Positions 61,882 through 64,000 of a stretch of DNA of 64,000 nt are shown in pieces; the first letter of the stretch is position 1, and each line of letters starts with the position of its first letter. The DNA is from Xylographa opegraphella (lineage: Eukaryota), in contig JALDZX010000007.1 of the NCBI GenBank assembly GCA_022813865.1, positions 186,001-250,000 of the forward strand, written 5' to 3'. Under the pieces are notes generated by a model. It was given only the letters and a program-made list of their open reading frames with translations, did not search any database and was not told the origin of the DNA. The position numbers and the translations under genes were made by a program.

Positions 61882-63236
61882 ATGAGTTTCACCCCAGCGC
61901 TCGCCTCCGACATCGACTGGACCACTCTCGACCTCACCGTCCGCGATCTCGGCAACGGCCACATCGAATCCCGCTACAGCCCCCAAACAGGCATCTGGTC
62001 CGTGCCCAAACTGATCAACGACCCCTATCTCCGCGTACACGGCCTCGCCCCCGCTCTCAACTACGGGCAGCAAGCCTTCGAAGGACTGAAAGCGCACCGC
62101 TCGCCCGCCGACGAGATCCTCCTCTTCCGCCCCGGCAAGCACGCCTCCCGCATGCGGCACTCCGTCTCTGTAGTCAGCATCCCCGACATCCCGGAGGCGC
62201 ACTTCCTCCTCTGCGTCCGCCTGGCCGTCTCCCTTAACGCCGCCTTCGTGCCGCCCCACCGCTCCGGCGGCGCTCTGTACGTCCGCCCCGTCGTCTTCGG
62301 CTCCAGCGGCCACTTGGGCCTCAACCCACCCACCGAGTACACCTTCTGCGTCTACGTCCACCCCTTCTCCAGCTACCACGGCGCCGCGCCCATTGACGCC
62401 CTCGTCCTCGAGGACTTCGACCGCGCCGCCCCGCGCGGCACCGGCAACGCCAAGCTGGGCGGCAACTACGCCCCCGTCATGCGCTGGGCGGCCCGGGCGC
62501 GCGCCGACGGCTTCCCCATCACCCTGCACCTCGACAGCCAGACGCGCGCGCAGATCGACGAGTTCTCGACCTCCGGCTTCCTCGGCGTGATGAAGGCGGA
62601 CGACGGGGCCGTCACGTTGGTGCTTCCCGATAGCGATAATGTGATCAAGAGTATCACGTCCGACAGCTGCGTCGCGATCGCCAAGTCGCTCGGGTGGAAG
62701 GTGGAGATGCGCGCGGTATGTCCTCTCCTTCAACCCCCCCTTGCTAAGCTACACGCTATCTCTACTATATACCGACACCGTCTGATCCGCTAAAGATCCC
62801 CTACACCTCCCTCCCCCTCTTCGCCGAAGTTTTCGCCGCCGGCACCGCCGCCGCCCTCGTGCCCATCCGCTCCATCACCTGCCGCTCCCACGACCAGACG
62901 TTCACCTACCCCGCCACCGGCGCCACGGGCGGGCCGTGCTTCCAGCAGCTGTACGACTGCTTGAAGGGCGTCCAGGCCGGTCGGCTGCCTGATACCTACG
63001 GCTGGTGCGACACCGTGAAGGCGCCGAGCGCGTATGTATCTGATATCAAGACCGTGCTGGGCGGGAGGGAAGTGGAGGGCGCGGTGAAAGCGGAGAAAGC
63101 GAAAGGGGCGGCGAAGGAGAAGGAGAGGGGTTTCGGCAAGCAAAGCTACGTGCTGGGCGTGCTTTCGCTGCTGGTCGTGGGGCTGCCGTGGGCGAAGGCG
63201 TGGCTGGGCGGGATGGGTAGTTTTGGCACCGTGTAG
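61882..63236 (+). CDS. Branched-chain amino acid aminotransferase (PLP fold IV)
   Basis: Exons 61882-62715 and 62796-63236. Motifs LNYGQQAFEGLKA, LFRP, LYVRP, FDRAAPRGTGNAKLGGNYAP (PLP lysine), IDEFSTSGF, SITSDS, EVFAAGTAA. Confidence 0.95.
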
Positions 63237-64000
63237 TGCTAGATGTGTGAGCGGGCTTTGGGAGGGATGGTCGTTTGCTGTTTGGGTCGAAAGGATGGTG
63301 ATTGAGTTGGAAGTGGCAGAAAGAAATAGGGTGATTACTCTAGCGTAGAAAGCTGTCGCTCTCTCTCTCCCTCTACCAGGACCTTTTTTCGTAATTCGAG
63401 GCTCTGAAAGATTGATGCAGGGTGAGAATGTACTGATTTGTGAGAATGAAAGCCCCTCACCGCAGGTGACTGGATGGGTCCTCTACCAAATTATCTATGA
63501 TAACGTAACATTACGTGAAGCAGGAAGCAGGAATCAAACACCCCACGGCCACTCCGTAGCCGAAACCCCCAAACCAAAATCACTCAACAATACATCCCCC
63601 CTCCTACAATCCAAAACCCCAAGTACGCCCCACCCTTTTTGTCGCAATTCCAAGTCAACCGCACACATTGTATGCTCTAGTGTCTTCTGCGCACATGATG
63701 GGGCGAGAACGAGTCGCTGCGGGGTCTTAGAGAATGGCGAGGAAGAGGTCGGAGGAAACGACAGTATTTGTAACTTAATTTTCGGGGGGGGGCTGTGAGA
63801 AGGGCAGGGTGTATATTGATGGTTAGCAGCGTACGCTGTATCATAAGTGTCGTGGAGAAACGGATGGTCGGATATCGCGATGCCGGGGTAGCGTCAATAG
63901 TGTGCGCCACGTCTTGCGAGCGGTGCTGTTGATGACCACCCTGCAAATGATACCTTCGATATCAGTCCAATGTTTTCTTAATCTTTCTACAATACACCAA

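Noticed and set aside
61882..63236. Fold-IV enzyme as a D-amino acid or (R)-amine transaminase replacing the lost epimerases
   Set aside because: Motifs (LNYGQQAFEGLKA, YVRP, KLGGNYAP, GTAA) are BCAT-type; nothing in the sequence supports D-specificity.
63677..64000. Possible minus-strand exons at the right edge
   Set aside because: Splice-like signals are present but no recognisable protein; truncated by the window.

Overview
Eukaryotic genomic DNA from a filamentous ascomycete: GT-AG introns with CTAAC/CTGAC branch points, no operons, and no rRNA, tRNA, CRISPR array or recognisable transposase seen. The left ~30 kb holds conserved or ordinary genes: the medA developmental regulator, a DUF3431 protein, a divergent BTB-like protein, an MDR oxidoreductase, a tandem-RRM-like protein, an AAA+ ATPase, a tandem Myb-like protein, a hypothetical gene and a GIGYF/Smy2-type GYF protein. 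The right ~33 kb is a candidate secondary-metabolite cluster: cupin, Baeyer-Villiger-type flavin monooxygenase, a ~5,384-aa NRPS with four A domains, a divergently transcribed ABCC transporter and a branched-chain aminotransferase. The NRPS architecture is half-C, A-T-C, A-T-C, A-T-E*-C, half-C, A-T-CT-T*. It shows signs of remodelling: an epimerase with lost catalytic motifs, an apparently deleted first epimerase, a half-C remnant suggesting a deleted module, and a terminal carrier domain without its serine. All family calls come from reading motifs by eye; no database search was run.
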